Positions 12,970-26,921 are shown, numbered from the stretch's first letter. The stretch: DNA of 64,000 nt from Heterodontus francisci (GCF_036365525.1 NC_090375.1:178887910-178951909); one strand, 5' to 3'. Program-made: numbers and translations. The notes: generated from the sequence alone by a model not told the origin.

Positions 12970-13206
12970 CTCAGTGGGCAACACCTTAAGTTATTCGGAA
13001 CTTACAAAGCATAAAAAGAGCTTTCTGTGCTGTTGATTGGCTGGAATCTTCAGCAGGGTCCCAATATTGTGAGTGGCAAGCACCAGTAAAAGGTAGCCTG
13101 CACTGTTTAAAGGTAGCCTGCACCTGTTAAAGGGGAGGTGCTGTTAAGATGGAGCAGCTGCTGGCAGTCATGCAGGATGTGACTCTGACCTGGGAAACAT
13201 TGAAGA

Positions 13207-15262
13207 ATGGTGCAACATGGGACAGGGTGGATCCCAAGGTTTTCAGTCGCTGGTCTGGAGAGCTTGGTGGTGGAGGCGAAAAGTAGGAGAAATGTCCTGT
13301 ATTTGCAGGGGGGCCAGGAGACCCTCTGGACACGTGTTTAGAAGGCAGTAGGAGCAGATTGTAGTGGAGGTCAATGCCAATTGTCAAGCCATGAGAAGCT
13401 AGTTACAGTGTCACAAGAAGTTCAATGACTTCACATAAGTGGTCAAGGTCAGTGAATGCATCTTCAAATGTCATATCCAACCGACTGCACCACCAACCTC
13501 AGCCACTGCTCAAATCACCACGCCCCTATCACTCACCTACCAACAATCTCGATCAATAAGGACTCATACTTAACATTTATATGATTCACTGCACCCTCAT
13601 GCACTTAGCCCTGCTTCAAGCCTCACACCCATATCTCACAGTTTGCACACACAGCCAGCTATTCAAACAAGACAGTTGTATCACCCAAACAGATTGCATG
13701 ACACTCACTGACACACTTCCTTCTCTTTCGCAGAACAAGGTGGCACACAACCGGAGGCAGCAGGAGCTAACCAGAGGGTGACACAGTGCAGCTGCATGTC
13801 CTGACCGCCATGGAGGAGATGATGCTGCCCATTATTGGGATGGCTATTACTGAGCTCGCTGGGTCAAAATCCTGGAACTCCCTTCCTAACAGCACTGTGG
13901 GTATACCTACCCCAAATGGACTGCAACGGTTCAAGAAGGCAGCTCACCACCACCTTCTCAAGGGCAATTGGGGATGGGCAATAAATGCTGGCATAGCCAG
14001 CGATGTCCACATCCCTGAATGAATTAAAAAAAAAGGTTATGGCCAGTGGTGGGGCTGAAGCCATCGAAGATAACAGTGTCCTCATACTTAATCCTCCTTT
14101 TCACATGTTACCACCCCCACATTCCACACTCCCTTCTCATTTACAAGCTGCAGATGGTGTAAGCATGCACTTCTTACATTCCACCTCTCAACTCACCACA
14201 ACTTTACCCTTGTGCATTTCTGTTTTCAGATAAACAAGAAGTGCGACCTGGCCAGGCTGTGGAGGAACAGCAAGGAGACAGTGATGACGAAGACACACTG
14301 CCACTCACTTTCACAGTCACAGCCACCTGTTCAGATACTGACAGTGAGTATAATTTAGAGGATAACATAGAGTCGGGATCTACTCGTGGTGAGACACAGG
14401 CTGGTGGCTTGCAGCCAGGTCAAGTGGAAAGGATAGCACAGGTGCCAGCTCGCTGGTAGACAGGGTCGCACATGAGTTCTGCTGCAGAGGACTCAGATGA
14501 GCACTTCGATGGAACGGCCTACAGAAGGCTGATGGGCATGTACAGGGAAATGTTTGGTGCACTAGGAAACCATCCAGAAAGCCTGTGGTCAATGTCGAGG
14601 CGTGCAGAGGAGTCAAGCACTAACTTGGCACAAGGTTTTACACAGAGCTTGGAGCCCATTCTTCCCAGCATGGAAGTGGTGGCCATTAGTACAATTGTGG
14701 ACCCGACCATGATGTAGTATTTGATTGTTGATGCCTCAGCTTCCATTGCAGCACAAGTAGCTTTCATCAGGAGTCTGACTGCTGCAGTGGAAGCTCAGAG
14801 TGAAGGCATGCAAGCTCAGACTGCTGCCATCATAATGCTGGATTACAGTGTGCAAAGGGGCCTCCAGGATGTTACAGCAGAAAAGCAATCTGTCCTACAA
14901 CAGATTACTAGTATTGTTGAGGGGCCGCCCGGGATGTGGCAGTGGCTCCATGGAGCATGAACCTGTTGTCCTCTCTCAGCATTCATGCTCCCACCTCTGT
15001 CAGTCTGCCAGTTCCCTTGCTGTTGCCTGTCAGCCTGCAGCCTAGAATGCTGCCAGCCATGTCAATATGGTGCAGTTCGCAGTCAGGCCTTCTAGGTCCA
15101 GAGCTGCTCGAGGTTGTCCTGCAAGGCCATCTGCAGTCTCCTCCACTGAAAGACAGCAGCCTTCCACCAGCCATGCTGCAGCTACTGGGGTAGCACTGTA
15201 TAGGAGCACTAGGACAGGCAAGGGCACACGGACGACAGGCACTAAGGGAATGCACAAGGGTG
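13207..15262 (+). pseudogene. Degenerate 3-exon Myb/SANT (trihelix) gene of a Harbinger transposon
   Basis: Exon 1 'PRFSVAGLESLV..RRNVLY..QCHKKFND..VVK|gt' (donor at 13448). Exon 2 from 13734 'NKVAHNRRQQELTRG..LTAMEE'. Exon 3 from 14230. Multiple stops. Confidence 0.78.
13855..14035 (+). mobile_element. CR1-Zenon-like LINE 3' end inserted in the Myb exon 2
   Basis: Near-identical to the reverse complement of 6165-6335. A-rich tail. Confidence 0.88.
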
Positions 15263-15467
15263 ATTGCTCAACGTTTGTATGCAATATGGAATGATTTCAT
15301 TTATAAATTTGGTTTGGAATGTTTATTTTCTGGTGGTGTTTATGTTTGCCTTGTGACCAAGCAGACACTGTGATAGTTAGTGATAGAGGGAAGGTAAGGT
15401 GTGGGGTTGTTTGTGAATGGGAAATTGGGGTTGCAGTTACTGGTATCATACTCAGATGAGTGCTTCA

Positions 15468-15827
15468 TGGACAACGCCTGCCATGGCTGCACCCGAGCAA
15501 CCATCGAGCAGGCCATTGGTATGCTGAAGATGCTGTTCCGCTGCCTCGATAGATCTGGTGGAGCTCTTCAGTATGCATCAGATAGGGTTGGGCGGGTCAT
15601 TGTCGTCTGCTGCATTCTGCACAACATAGAAGTCCAGAGAGGGGAGACTATGCAGGATGAAGAGGTTACGGGAGCAGGACACATCCTCTGACAATGAGGA
15701 CACAGAGGCCACCCAAGAACAACCACTCACGGGAGCACAGATAGCAGTGATGGAGGGCTGACATGGCGAGCAGCGAGCAAGGGAGGCAAGGCAACGACTG
15801 ATATCTGAGCGCTTCCACAATCCCTGA
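15468..15827 (+). pseudogene. Harbinger (HARBI1-like) DDE transposase C-terminal fragment
   Basis: 'NACHGCTRATIEQAIGMLKMLFRCLDRSGGALQY..VVCCILHNI' is the typical HARBI1 C-terminus including the catalytic E. Confidence 0.9.
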
Positions 15828-16164
15828 AATTCCACACATGTTCCTCATGGCACAAAGCACCATCATGCATCTTGTCTGAAATCTTCTGCCTCCGTAACGT
15901 CCACCTCTCCAGCATGACAGGCAGCAGCTAACAGCCATTGCCCATGTGACTGATTCTGTGCAGTGTCACATCGTGCATATTGGCATGACAGTGATGTTAT
16001 TCCTTACATTGGCAGTACTGTCAGGCTCATAATGTAATGGAAAGACATATAATCAATACATGGTGGCATGCGTTATTCAGACAATAAAAGCTGATGATTG
16101 GCAGGACAACACTTTTCATTAAACTACACATGACATCTGTGTCTCACCCATGAATATCCATATG

Positions 16165-17290
16165 CGTCAAGGTGTCTTTTTAATACGTTTGTGGGTGCTC
16201 TTTCATGGTGTAACCCCTGCGCTGGCAACTGGACTGGAGGCCGGCTGCTGATCAGGCTGTCCCTTGGCCTGGGATGACATCGGTGGTCGTCATCTGCACG
16301 CCTGAGGCCTGGAGAGCCCCAGCTTCCTGAAGGCCTCCTGCACCAGTGCAGGGCTGTCCACAGGCATCGTGGCTGCTGGAGCTGGGCTCACCGGTGGAGG
16401 GACTCAGGAGCCAAGGAGCTGGTGTCTGCACTTGGATCGCCCTGAGGGGAGACCCCAGATGTGGATCGCAGCCTCTTCTCCTCCCTCTCAAGGATCATTG
16501 GAACCTCACTGCTCTCCAGAGAAAGGCCAGGAGCTGGAACACTCTCCGTGCTCCTAGTCTTTCTCTCGCTCTGCCACTGCTGCATTGTAGTCATGCCTGA
16601 AGCGAAGGTTTGCAGGTGATCTATGGATTGTGGCTCTCCATGAGGGTCACCAAACACTCAATGGATGATGCCATGCGCTCACATGCCTGGGACATGGCAG
16701 CACTCATGGCATGGATGGACTTCCCACCATCTACTCAAGGCTGTGCATGGCCTCTGGCATCTCTGCCAGATATTGCCTTATCTCTCCCTGCAACTCCAAC
16801 AGGCCCTATGCTGTCGACACCAGAGGCCCATCATCAGCCTGGGGCTCAACATGAGCCTGGACACCCACAGTCCCCTGTCAGTGGCCTCGACTGACTCAGC
16901 CTCAGCCAGCTGCTTGGGCACATGTATTGTGCTCTCACCAGCTTGTGACCCTGATTCTACTGCCTATCGGATTCCCATCGAGGTGAAAGTATCTGCAGGA
17001 AAGTCATGGGACGGTGCATCCTCTAAGTGTAACTCATCCTCAAAGGTAGTCGTCATTCTTTGGGTCCCTGGGGGTGTGGCGAGCATTGCCCTAAAAGATA
17101 CAATGAATAGACACTTAGGTGTAAAGGTACACATGTTGCAATGATGACAGCATAGGAAATGTAATTTTGAGTCATTCTGTGCTTGGCAATAATGACTCTG
17201 TTCCAATGGGACCCCAATTTCCACATCCGAAATGGCACGTGCTCCTTGTCTCCCAGCTAGCTCCATCACCTCCTCTTCGGCCTGTGACAG
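16165..17290 (-). pseudogene. Harbinger Myb/SANT partner gene, C-terminal exons, convergent with the transposase
   Basis: 'LSQAEEEVMELAGRQGARAISDVEIG' and 'EDAPSHDFPADTFTSMG', similar to 23800-23900. Canonical tail-to-tail Harbinger layout. Confidence 0.68.
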
Positions 17291-17406
17291 GAAAATTGAA
17301 AGTGTTCCACATAAATCAATGCTAGGACCACTGTTATTCATAATTTGTATTTATGATTTGGACTTAGAAACAAGTAACTCAATATCAAAATTTGCAGATG
17401 ATACCA

Positions 17407-19868
17407 AAGGCAATATAATAATCACAGGGGACTTCACTCTTCATATAGACTGGACAAATCAAATTGACAAAGATAGTCTGGAAGATGAGTTTGTAGAGTG
17501 CTTTCAAAGCAGTTTCCTGGAACAATACATTGTAGAACCAACTAGGGATAACTCGGGCTAGATCTAGTACTGTGTAATGCGGTAGGATTAATTAGTAATC
17601 TTATTCTAAAAGATTCTCTGGGAAAAGTGATCAAAAAAGAAGTGAATTCCATATCAGGTTTGAGAGTGGCACAGTCAAGTCCAAAACAAGAATCTTAAAC
17701 TTAAATTAAGCTAATCACATAGGTATGAAGGAGAGCTGGCTAAGGTTGATTGGTAAAAAATGTAAGAGGTATGGTGGTAAATAAACTACGGGAAACACAT
17801 GGAGAGATGATTTAAAATGTTAAACAGAAATACGTTCCATTAAAAAATAATAACTCAATGAGAAAGATCCATCTTTGGCTTACTAGGGAAGTTAAGAATA
17901 ATATTCGATTAAAAGAAGAGGCTTATAACGTTGCAAATAATAGTCACAAGCCTTAGGATTGGGAAAGTTTTAGAAACCAGCAATGGGTGACCAAAAAGGT
18001 GATAAAAAGGGAAGAAAAATAGAATGAGAGTAAACTAGCCAGGAATATAAAAATAGAATGTAAGAACTTTTACAAGTAAATAAAAAGGAGGCGAGTAGCT
18101 AAAATAAACTTTGGTCCCTTAGAGGCAGAGACAAGAGAAATTATCATGGGGACTGAGGAAATGGCAAAGAATCTGAACAAATATTTTGTGTCTGTCTCCA
18201 CAGTAGAAGACAGATATTATAAACCAGAAATAGGCAGTAACCTAAAGGCTAAAAAGTGAGGATATTAAGGAAATTGATATCAGCTGAGAAAAAGGGTAAC
18301 CAAGAGGCTAATAAGAGTGAGGAACTTAAAGTAATTAATATCAGCAGAGATAAATTATTAGAGGAACTTAAGGGACTAAAAGCCAATAAATTCCCAGGAC
18401 CTTTTGGCCTATATCCTAGGGTTCTAAAAGAGGTAGCTGCGGAGATAGTGGATGCACTGGTTATGATTTTCCAAAACTCCCTAGTTTCTAAAACAGTCCC
18501 TGCAGTATGGAAGTTAGCAAATGTAACTCCTCTATTAAAGAAAGGAAGGAGAGAGAAAAAATGGAACTACAGGCCGGTTAGTCTGACATCAGTCATCGGG
18601 AAAATGCTGGAATCTATTATCAAAAGAGACTTAACAATGCACTTAGAAAATCATGGTATGATCAGACAGAGTCAATATGGCTTTACGGCAGGGAAATCAT
18701 GTTTGACAAACTTATTAGAGGTTTTTGAGGATGTAATTGGTAAGTTAGATAAAGGGGAACCAGTGGATACTTGGATTTCCAAAAGGCATTCAATGAGGTG
18801 CCACACAAAAGATTAACACACAAGATAAGGGCTCATGGAGTTAGGGTTAGCATGGATGAAGGATTGATTAATGACAGGAAGCAGTGAGTAGGGATAAATG
18901 GGGCATTTTCAAGTTGGGAGGCTGTACCTAGTGGAGCGCTGCAAGGATCAGTGCTGTGGACTCAACTATTTACAATCCATGTTAATAACTTAGATGAAGA
19001 GACTGAGAATAATGTATCCAAGTTTTCTGATGACACAAAACCAATATGCTGCAAAGAGATATAGACAGATTAACTGAGTGGGCAACAAGGTGGCAGAGTA
19101 TAATGTGGGGAAGTGTGAGGTTATTCATTTCGGTACTGAGAATAGAAAAGTAGAATTTTTTTTAAAGGCATGAAATCTTTTTAAATGTCAGTGCTCAGAG
19201 CGACTTGGGTTTACTCATACAAAGAACACAAAAAGTTAGCATGCAGCTACAGCAAGCAATTAAGAAGGCAAATGGCATGTTGGCCTTTATTGCAAGGGGA
19301 TTGGAGTACAAAAATAAGTGTAAAGGGCTTTGGTGACACCACGCCTGGAGTATTGTGCCCAGTTTTGGTCTCCATATATAAGGAGGGATATATCTCTCTT
19401 GGAGGCGTAACAGTGTCGTTTCACAAGATTGGTCCCTGGGATGAGAGGGTTGTCCTATGGTGAGAGGCTGAGTAAATTGTGTCTATACTCTCTGGAGTCT
19501 AGAAGAATGAGATGTGATCTCTTTGAAACATACAAGATTCTGAAGGGGCTTAACAGGGTAGACAGGGTTGTTTCCCCTGGCTGTGGAATCGAGAACATGG
19601 GGGCACAGCCTGAAGATAAGGGATTAATCATTTAGGACTGAGATGAGGAGAAATTTCTTCACTCAGATGGTTGTGAATCTTTGGAATTCCCTACCCCAGA
19701 GGGTTCTGGATGCTCCATCGTTGAGTATAAGCAATGCTGAGATAGACAGATTTTTGGTCTCACAAAGGATATGGGAGTGGGCAGAAAAGTGGAGATGAGG
19801 CAAAAGATCACTCCTAATCGTGGAGCAGGCTTGATGGGCTGTATGGTCTACTTTTGCTCCTATTTCTT
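17407..19868 (+). mobile_element. CR1 LINE ORF2 (EN to 3' UTR), degraded
   Basis: 'IITGDF', 'NYRPVSLTSVIGKMLE', 'SCLTNLLE'. 3' UTR ends 'gctcctatttcttatg'. Confidence 0.9.
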
Positions 19869-19963
19869 ATGGGGGGGCGGGGGTACTCTGAGGAAGAATG
19901 CAACATAATACAAGAAAATTTAGAAAACTTGCAGACTGGGCAATTAAGTGGTGAATAGACTTT

Positions 19964-20150
19964 AACATAGAAACATAGAAAAATAGGAGCAGGAGTAGGC
20001 CATTCGGCCCTTCGAGCCTGCACCGCCATTCAATACAATCATGGCTGATCATCCAAACTCAATACCCTGTTTCCGCTTTCTCCCCGTATCTCTTGATCCC
20101 TTCAGCCCTAAGAACTATATCTAACTGTTTCTTGAATATATTTAGTGATT
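19964..20150 (-). mobile_element. CR1 3' end (younger), antisense
   Basis: (acatagaa)2 tail and 'ggagcaggagtaggccattcggccc'. Confidence 0.88.
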
Positions 20151-21195
20151 TAGATATATAAATTTAAGATGGATAAATGTGAGTTGATGTACTTTGGTAA
20201 GAAAAATAGAAACATCATCTACACCCTAGAAAATAAAAAAAAATTGAATGGAGTAGAAGAGCACAGGGATCTCGGGATACAGGTGAATGGCCAATAAAAG
20301 CACCATGGATCAGCAAAGGTATTAAAAATGCTAACAAAGCATTGATATTTATTTTTAGGGGTATAGAGTTCAAAAGTAGTGAAGTTATGTTAAATATGTA
20401 TAGTACATACAAGTGTCAGGCCGCACTTAGAGTTCTATGCACAATTATGGTTTTCATACTATAAAAAGCACATAGAAGTACTGGAGAAAGTGCAAAAAAG
20501 ATTTACAAGAATGGTACCAAAAGGGAGAGATTACAACTATCAGGAAAGATTGAACAGGTTGGGGCATTTTTCTTTAGAAAAGAGAAGACTTAGAGGTGAC
20601 CTGATACTGGTCTTTAAAATCATGAACGGGTTGGACAGGGTCGTTGTGGAGAGAATGTTTGCACTTGTGTGGGAGAATCCAAAACTAGGGGCTATGAATG
20701 TACAACAGTTACTAATAAATCCAATTGGGAAATAAGGAGAAATTTGTTTACTCAGAGAGCAGTTAGAATGTGGACTGCACTACCACAATAAGTGGTTGCC
20801 CCGAAAAGCTTAAATGCTTTTAAAAGGAAACTAGATGAATGCATGAGAGAAATGGGAATAGAAAGATATACTGAAAGGCTGAGCCGAGACAGATGGAATG
20901 AGAAGAGGCACGTGTTGAGTATCACAGACTGGTTGGGTTGAATAGCCTGTTTCTGCGCTGTCTATTCCATGTAATTCTATGCTTATAATTTTAAATATAG
21001 TTTGCCCTTTATTCATTAGCTGTTTGAAAAATAATAATTATGAACTGTAAGAGGGAACACATTTACTCACTCCTGATGAAGAGTCACACAAAAACACTAA
21101 CCTATATTTTTCTTTCAGATTTGCCAACTGTGAATTCCCAGCATTTTCTGTTTTTAATCAGAATCACTGAGTGGGGGGGAGTGGGGGGGGTGGGG

Positions 21196-21351
21196 GGGGT
21201 GAAATTAGTCCTCAGCTGTGGCACAAAATGTGAGACAGCGGGTCAGTAGCCTGCTTTAAATCCCACCCAATTTTCTTTTCTATTAAAGTAAATTGGGCTG
21301 ACGATAAATTGTTGTTCATTTTGCACTACTGCTATAGACCAATTTCACCCC
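21196..21351. mobile_element. Short MITE with TIRs (Harbinger-like)
   Basis: TIR ggggtgaaattagtc / gaccaatttcacccc (14/15 match). Confidence 0.7.
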
Positions 21352-23956
21352 TCGATGTGTTTTATTCAATATTACTTGCACATGATAAGTCAGAGTTTAT
21401 AATGTTTTATAAGGACAGCAGCTTTAGACCAAGGAACAGATAGTGTATTATCCTGCTGCTAAGGTGGATCTGTATTCCATTAAGCCACAGGCCTTGAAAA
21501 TCTGGGGGTTTCTACTGGGCTCCCACCATCATTGTGGAGAAAGTCCAGCAAAATCCACTGGAAAGCGGTAGGGACCCAGTTGTGCCAGGTCTCTGCCCTT
21601 TTTGGGATCTTCTGGCCAGCCTCGTAAGTGGCAGAACCTTAGCTCATCCCTTAACAAGGCAAATGATGCCAAGGTTCCAGGAGTAGCAACTCCCTACTCC
21701 CAGCTGTTCCCACTTTCCTGGCTCAGTTGGCACCCAATGTTGGACTTGAAGTGAAAGCAGATCATTTCACTCAGCAAAAGTGGGCTCAACGAGGAGGGGG
21801 GGAAGGGTATCTAGGGTAGGGAATTGTCATGATAATGCCACAACTGGTACATCCAACACATATGAGCAAGTGAGAGTGGATGTGCCAGTTGTATAACCAA
21901 AGAAGGGATGTGAAATCTACTTTTATGTGGAAATGATTGGCAGGCCTTGAATGTCTCCATCACTCTCCTAATCTGGCAATACCATGGATAGACAAACAGT
22001 ATTGGTAGACATTTACTAAGAAATTCCCACTTTAAATGTGTTTGCCTAATCATGTCTTTGATTTTGCTTAAAAATTACTGAAGAGACTTAATATGTGTAA
22101 CACTATACTATTCTGGCCCCTGAGTTGCGTTTTATTTGGGACAAGCCAAATCCTTGTGCTAAGTATTACGGACTGGAATAAGAAGCAGAAGACTTTGCCA
22201 GAAAATAATTAACATGGCCAAACTGCAGTAAATAATGATCTGGATCAGTATATTTGGGAACTGTTGGAGAGTGCAGAGTAACAGTGTCTGTTGCCATTTT
22301 TCTGTTACTATTTTTAGGGAAAAGTGGAGTACAGGGATAATTCTGGGCCAATTGCTTCTTACTTTTATTTGGGTTTTCTTCTTTTAAAAAGTGATATATT
22401 TATTTCAGAAGGCATTTTATGTCCTCCTCAAGGTGAGACACATTTGGGCTGAAGAATGGAACAATCTTTTAGTTTTAGTGGCAATGTTGGCATCAGGCAA
22501 TTCAAAAAACTGCCAGATGAATAGTTCTCCCTCTATTCTCTCCCAGCAGAGAGCCTTAAACCAAACTGCAGAAAACATTCCCGGTTGAATTTAGTGAGCC
22601 TGTCGTGGGTCCCAGCAGTGGACCGGGAAATGTGCACCATTCCCACGAGTCACATGGGCAGCTGGGCCAGCGCAATTACGCAGCAGGCGGCCACTTTACA
22701 TAACGATGGCGTGGAGCCCGGCCAATCACGTGGCAGGGGCTGGTTGTGAGACGCTGAATTCAGCATCAGGTGCTGGCACCATATTTCAAGCCCTGCCAGC
22801 CTTGCTTTCATTGCTGCCTTCGAGTCATTTGCGGCTCACTGTTCAATGCTGAGACCCATGTTGGAGGGACTCCCAGACCCCACCACCCCCCTCCCCGCCA
22901 CCCCCCGGGAAAAATCTTGTAGGATGGCAGAGGCAAGACACTGGGTGGCCCCTTGGTTTAGTAATGCCTCCCTTGAGATTCTCTTCCAGGCTGCAAGGGA
23001 AAGGTGGGAGGTCCTCTTCCCCAGTTATGGCAAGAAGAGATCCTCCTGCCTGACCAAGTAACCCTGGATAGAGATCGCTGAGGAGGTCAGCAGCCATGGG
23101 GTCACCCCCAGACATGGGTCTAGTGCTACAAAAGGGTCAACGATCTCCCTCATTCTGCCAAGGTGACTGCTTCATAACTCTCTCCTTTTGAGGGATTGCA
23201 TGTGGCTACACAGGAGGAAGTGGGACATGGAGAGGGAGGCACCACAATGGTGCTGGCAAAGGGGGTTAAGCATCGCCTCATCCTGACAGATGCATTGTTT
23301 CATCTCGGCCACAGGCCACCCTCTTTCACAGCTCACCCCCCATTAACTCCCCTGAGAGCTGGCGGGAGGATGAGCTATATAGGAAACCCCAGCAGGGGAC
23401 GAGGGGCTGATGGTAGCAAAACTGTCATGTTGATCTCTCTGCAAAGTATGACTATCTCCCTCTTTACGCTTGCAGAACAAGGGGGCCCATAACAAGAGGG
23501 AGATATCCCGAACTGGCGGAGGCATCCCAGAATTGGTCTCTCTCCAAGCCTGAGGAGGAGGCACTGGAATTAACAGCAACCCAGGGCAGCCGCTCCATAT
23601 CAGATGCAGAGACTGGAGTCTCCGTGCAAGAGAGTGAGGGTTGGCTTCCATCGACATACAGTTCACTTCTGGAGACCCACATCATGTATGGTTGGCATAA
23701 TGAGATCTGCACAGCCGAACCCACACATGTTTGTGTTCTCTCATGGCAGGCCGGTGTCCGCAGGAGACTCAAACAGAAGGGGGGCAGCCGTCCACCTGTG
23801 AGGAGGATGAGGATGCACCATCCCACGACTCTCCTGCACCTTCCACCAGCGCAGATACTTTCACCTTGCTGGGTGGGTTTCCACTCGGCTGTAGAATCAG
23901 GATCACAAATTGGTGAGATCACCACACACACGCCCGAGCAGCTAGCTGAGGCTGAG

Positions 23957-25222
23957 CAGGGATAGGCACCAACATGTTGCACCACAAATATTTGAAAAAA
24001 TTATTGACTCAGCCACAGACATGGGGCAATTAATCTGTATAGAAAGTGTATAGCCAACCTAATGTCATCAAAACACAGTCCAATTTAAAACACATTTCTC
24101 CCTATTCAGAGAGATAACTGGCATTGTTTTTGCTTGCACAAGTAGTCAATATCAGTCCGCACACTTGAGGAGCGATATAGAGAATTTAGATTGATGTCCA
24201 TCTGTCAGGATTGATCTCTCTCTCTCTATCCCTCTCCCCTCTCATTCCCTCCTTTCTGTGTCCATCCCTCTCCCTCTGTGTCCCCTTCTCTCTCCACCCT
24301 CTGTGTCTCCCTTCCTCTCGCTCCTCTCTCCCCTCTGTGGCCCTCCCTCTCTCCCTCCTCTGTGTCCCCTTCTGCCCCCTCTCCCTCAGCTCCCTCTCCC
24401 TCTGCCCCCCCCTCCCCCTCCCTGCCCTCTGTTTCCCTCTGCATTCCTCCCTCTCCCCTTTACTCCCTCTCTCTCCTCCTCCCTCTTCCCCCTTTATTCC
24501 CTCTCTCTTCTTCTGCTTCCTCCCTCTCCCCCTGTGCCCCCTTCCCTCTCCCTCTCTCCCCCCTCCCACCTCTCTTTCCCTCTCTCCTCCTCTCTCTCCC
24601 TCTTCTACCCTTTCTCACCCCCTTTCTCCCTCTTTCCCCTTCCTCTCCCCCCTCACCCCAATCTCTTCCCGCACTCTCCCCCCACACTCTCTCCCCCTTC
24701 CCCCCTCCTCCATGCGCCAGGAGTGGAAACTCATTGCTGGCCCGCTCTCAGAGAATCCAGGGTGTTTGGACAGCTGGGAAAGTGGACTGTCTACCTAAAA
24801 AGAAACTGTTTGCTCTGGCTCAAAGAAGTCTTGCCTTTCCAGTTCTATCATTTCTTCCTGTGCGCTATCTATCTGTTCAGATATAGACAGGGAGCAGTTG
24901 ATTGACAGTTCCAGTCTTCCCAGCGAGTCCCGCCTCCCCTGCCCTCTGATTGGGCAGAGGTCTGCACGCAGCCAAACCACTCGCGCTTTTAATTGGTGGG
25001 CCAGATACAAAGCTTTGACAGGCTGTAGGAACTAGCCCGATGTCCTGATCCTTTGTCATTACTTTCGCACTTGATAATTATAAATGTCTTGCTCCAAGCC
25101 TTTAAACCTGTGTTTTAAAACACAGTTTAAACGCTTGGAGCAAGACATTTCAAATTACCACGGATCTCAAAAATGTTATCATGGACACTGGTGTCTGTAT
25201 ACGGACACATTGCTGACCCCTG
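23957..25222. mobile_element. Non-autonomous hAT (Charlie-like) DNA transposon
   Basis: Termini cagggataggca.. / ..tgctgacccctg. Perfect 8-bp TSD aggctgag at 23949-23956 and 25223-25230. Confidence 0.85.
24215..24711. repeat. ~500-bp polypyrimidine/polypurine (CT-rich) low-complexity tract
   Basis: Almost exclusively C/T on the + strand. Confidence 0.97.
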
Positions 25223-26124
25223 AGGCTGAGAAAGCCGAGGCCACTGACTGTTGGAGGACTGTGGGTATCCAGGCCCATGTTGAGCCCTGGGCTGATGACA
25301 AGTCTCTGGTGTCAACAGCACAGGGCATGCTGGAGTTGCAGAGATGGGTGAAGCAACATCTGGTAGAGATGCTAGAGGCCATGTGTAGCCATTAGCAAAT
25401 GGAGGATTCCATCCATGCCACGACTGCTGTCATATCTCAAGCATGTGAGTACATGGCTTCCTCCATCGAGAGATTGGCGACCCTCATGGAGAACCACATT
25501 CCACAGATGCACCACGGCCTGCAAATCCTCGTCTTGGCCATGACTTATTAAAGAGGTTGTGCTCTACCTTGGATGGAATCGCTCACTGCAGATAAACTTT
25601 CATCGCATTCCCAATTAATGACAAAGTGTAAATGTTTGGAACAATCAGGCCATGGAATTAAAAATCTCCCAGCCTTCTCATAATTATTGAGCCAGTATAT
25701 ATCTCTAATTCACGTGATAATTTATAGGGCGTGTTTAAGAGGGTTTATATCTACTGAATATTTCATGCGTGGTGTTGAAGAGTCAAAATTAGATTTTTTG
25801 AAATTTGTAGTGCATATCTGCAATATGGTTTGGTCCCAAAAAAAACTCGAGTGACATTTCACTAATTGTATCGGTGTGTGCCTCTCAACTATTGTGAGAT
25901 TGATATCCAGTGAATAAAGTTTAGTAAACACATTTGTGTTTGGAAAAAATGGATGATATTGCCTGCACTTGTAAACTATGTTGCAATTTTACATCAATGC
26001 AACCTATAATATGGTGGACTGTAAGAGGTAAATAGATTCATCTGAAAAATGAGATTGTTTTATCTTTGAATTTATTTTCCACAACTATTTCACTGGTAAG
26101 GTATAACCAAGTGCAGCATTTCTG

Positions 26125-26921
26125 GCTGGAATTTTGCGGTAGTAATGATAGTGAAATTGTTAGCGTTCACGATCATTACTCCATTGAAACTGACAGCAAC
26201 TTCTGGAGTCTGCACATACTCAGAATAACACAAAAATCCAAAAGTTACTGTCAGTGAGTCTATGTTTCTCCAGAGAGTGCGCTGTTGAGGGGCCGCCCAC
26301 CCCGTCATTCTCTGCCAGACTGTAATCAATGGAAGTTAATTGAATTGCTGACAACTTCCATTGTTATGCTGATAGTCCTGCTTGAAAAAGTTACAGCTTG
26401 TTGAATGAGGTGCAACTGGGTTTTTAACAGCATACTGTGTTCATAATTACTGCTGAACAGCCTTTCTGGCCCTAAAAAAATTAATGTTCTATTTGTGGAA
26501 CATTTCTCCTTAATGCTAAAACAAATCCATGTGTTTATAAAAAATGAATTTAAAAGTTTATCTTTATTTTAGCTTCTATTTTAATACAGTTATAATCATT
26601 TATTTCGCTACCTGAAAATTTTGATTAAAACTGAAGGACAAATCAATCTTTTTAACTTCCTGCTTTGCTGTGTGAGAATACATCAATTTGATTGTCTGTC
26701 TACCCTGATTGCTGACATCACTGCTGCTGCATGCCAAGACATCACCTTGACCTGGTGCCAGATTTAAACTGGTTTCGGGAAAGGGGAACTCCACGCTATG
26801 GAGATTGTTAGATCTTTGTAGGCACCTTTCTTTGAGATCAGCCTTCAGCAGCCTTGCAGAGTTAATCATACATTTGTTGAAATAAATGGGATGAAAATTG
26901 GGTTGAAATCTGCTCTGGCCC
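26125..26921. mobile_element. Harbinger-like MITE, degraded
   Basis: Begins 'ggctggaattttgcgg' and ends '..aaatctgctctggccc'. Confidence 0.45.

Larger units (their letters stand above)
17310..20980 (+). mobile_element. Old CR1 RT fragment (17310-17406, 19870-19963, 20170-20980) split by two further CR1 insertions
   Basis: 'LGPLLFII..ISKFADDTK' breaks at 17406 and resumes at 19870 and 20170. C-terminus 'QKRFTRMVP..FSLEKRRLRGDLI'. Confidence 0.82.
22583..25545 (+). mobile_element. Non-autonomous Harbinger carrying a degenerate Myb/SANT gene (ATG 22924), interrupted by a hAT element
   Basis: 'MAEARHWVAPWFSNASLEILFQAARERWEVLFP..W.EIAEEVSS..CYKRVNDL..AK|gt'. Exon 2 'AHNKREISRTGGG'. Sequence resumes after 25230. 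Confidence 0.8.

Noticed and set aside
24186-24905. Long ORFs of 127-215 aa (Pro/Ser/Leu- or Gly/Arg/Glu-rich)
   Set aside because: Artefacts of the CT-rich tract, which lacks stop codons.
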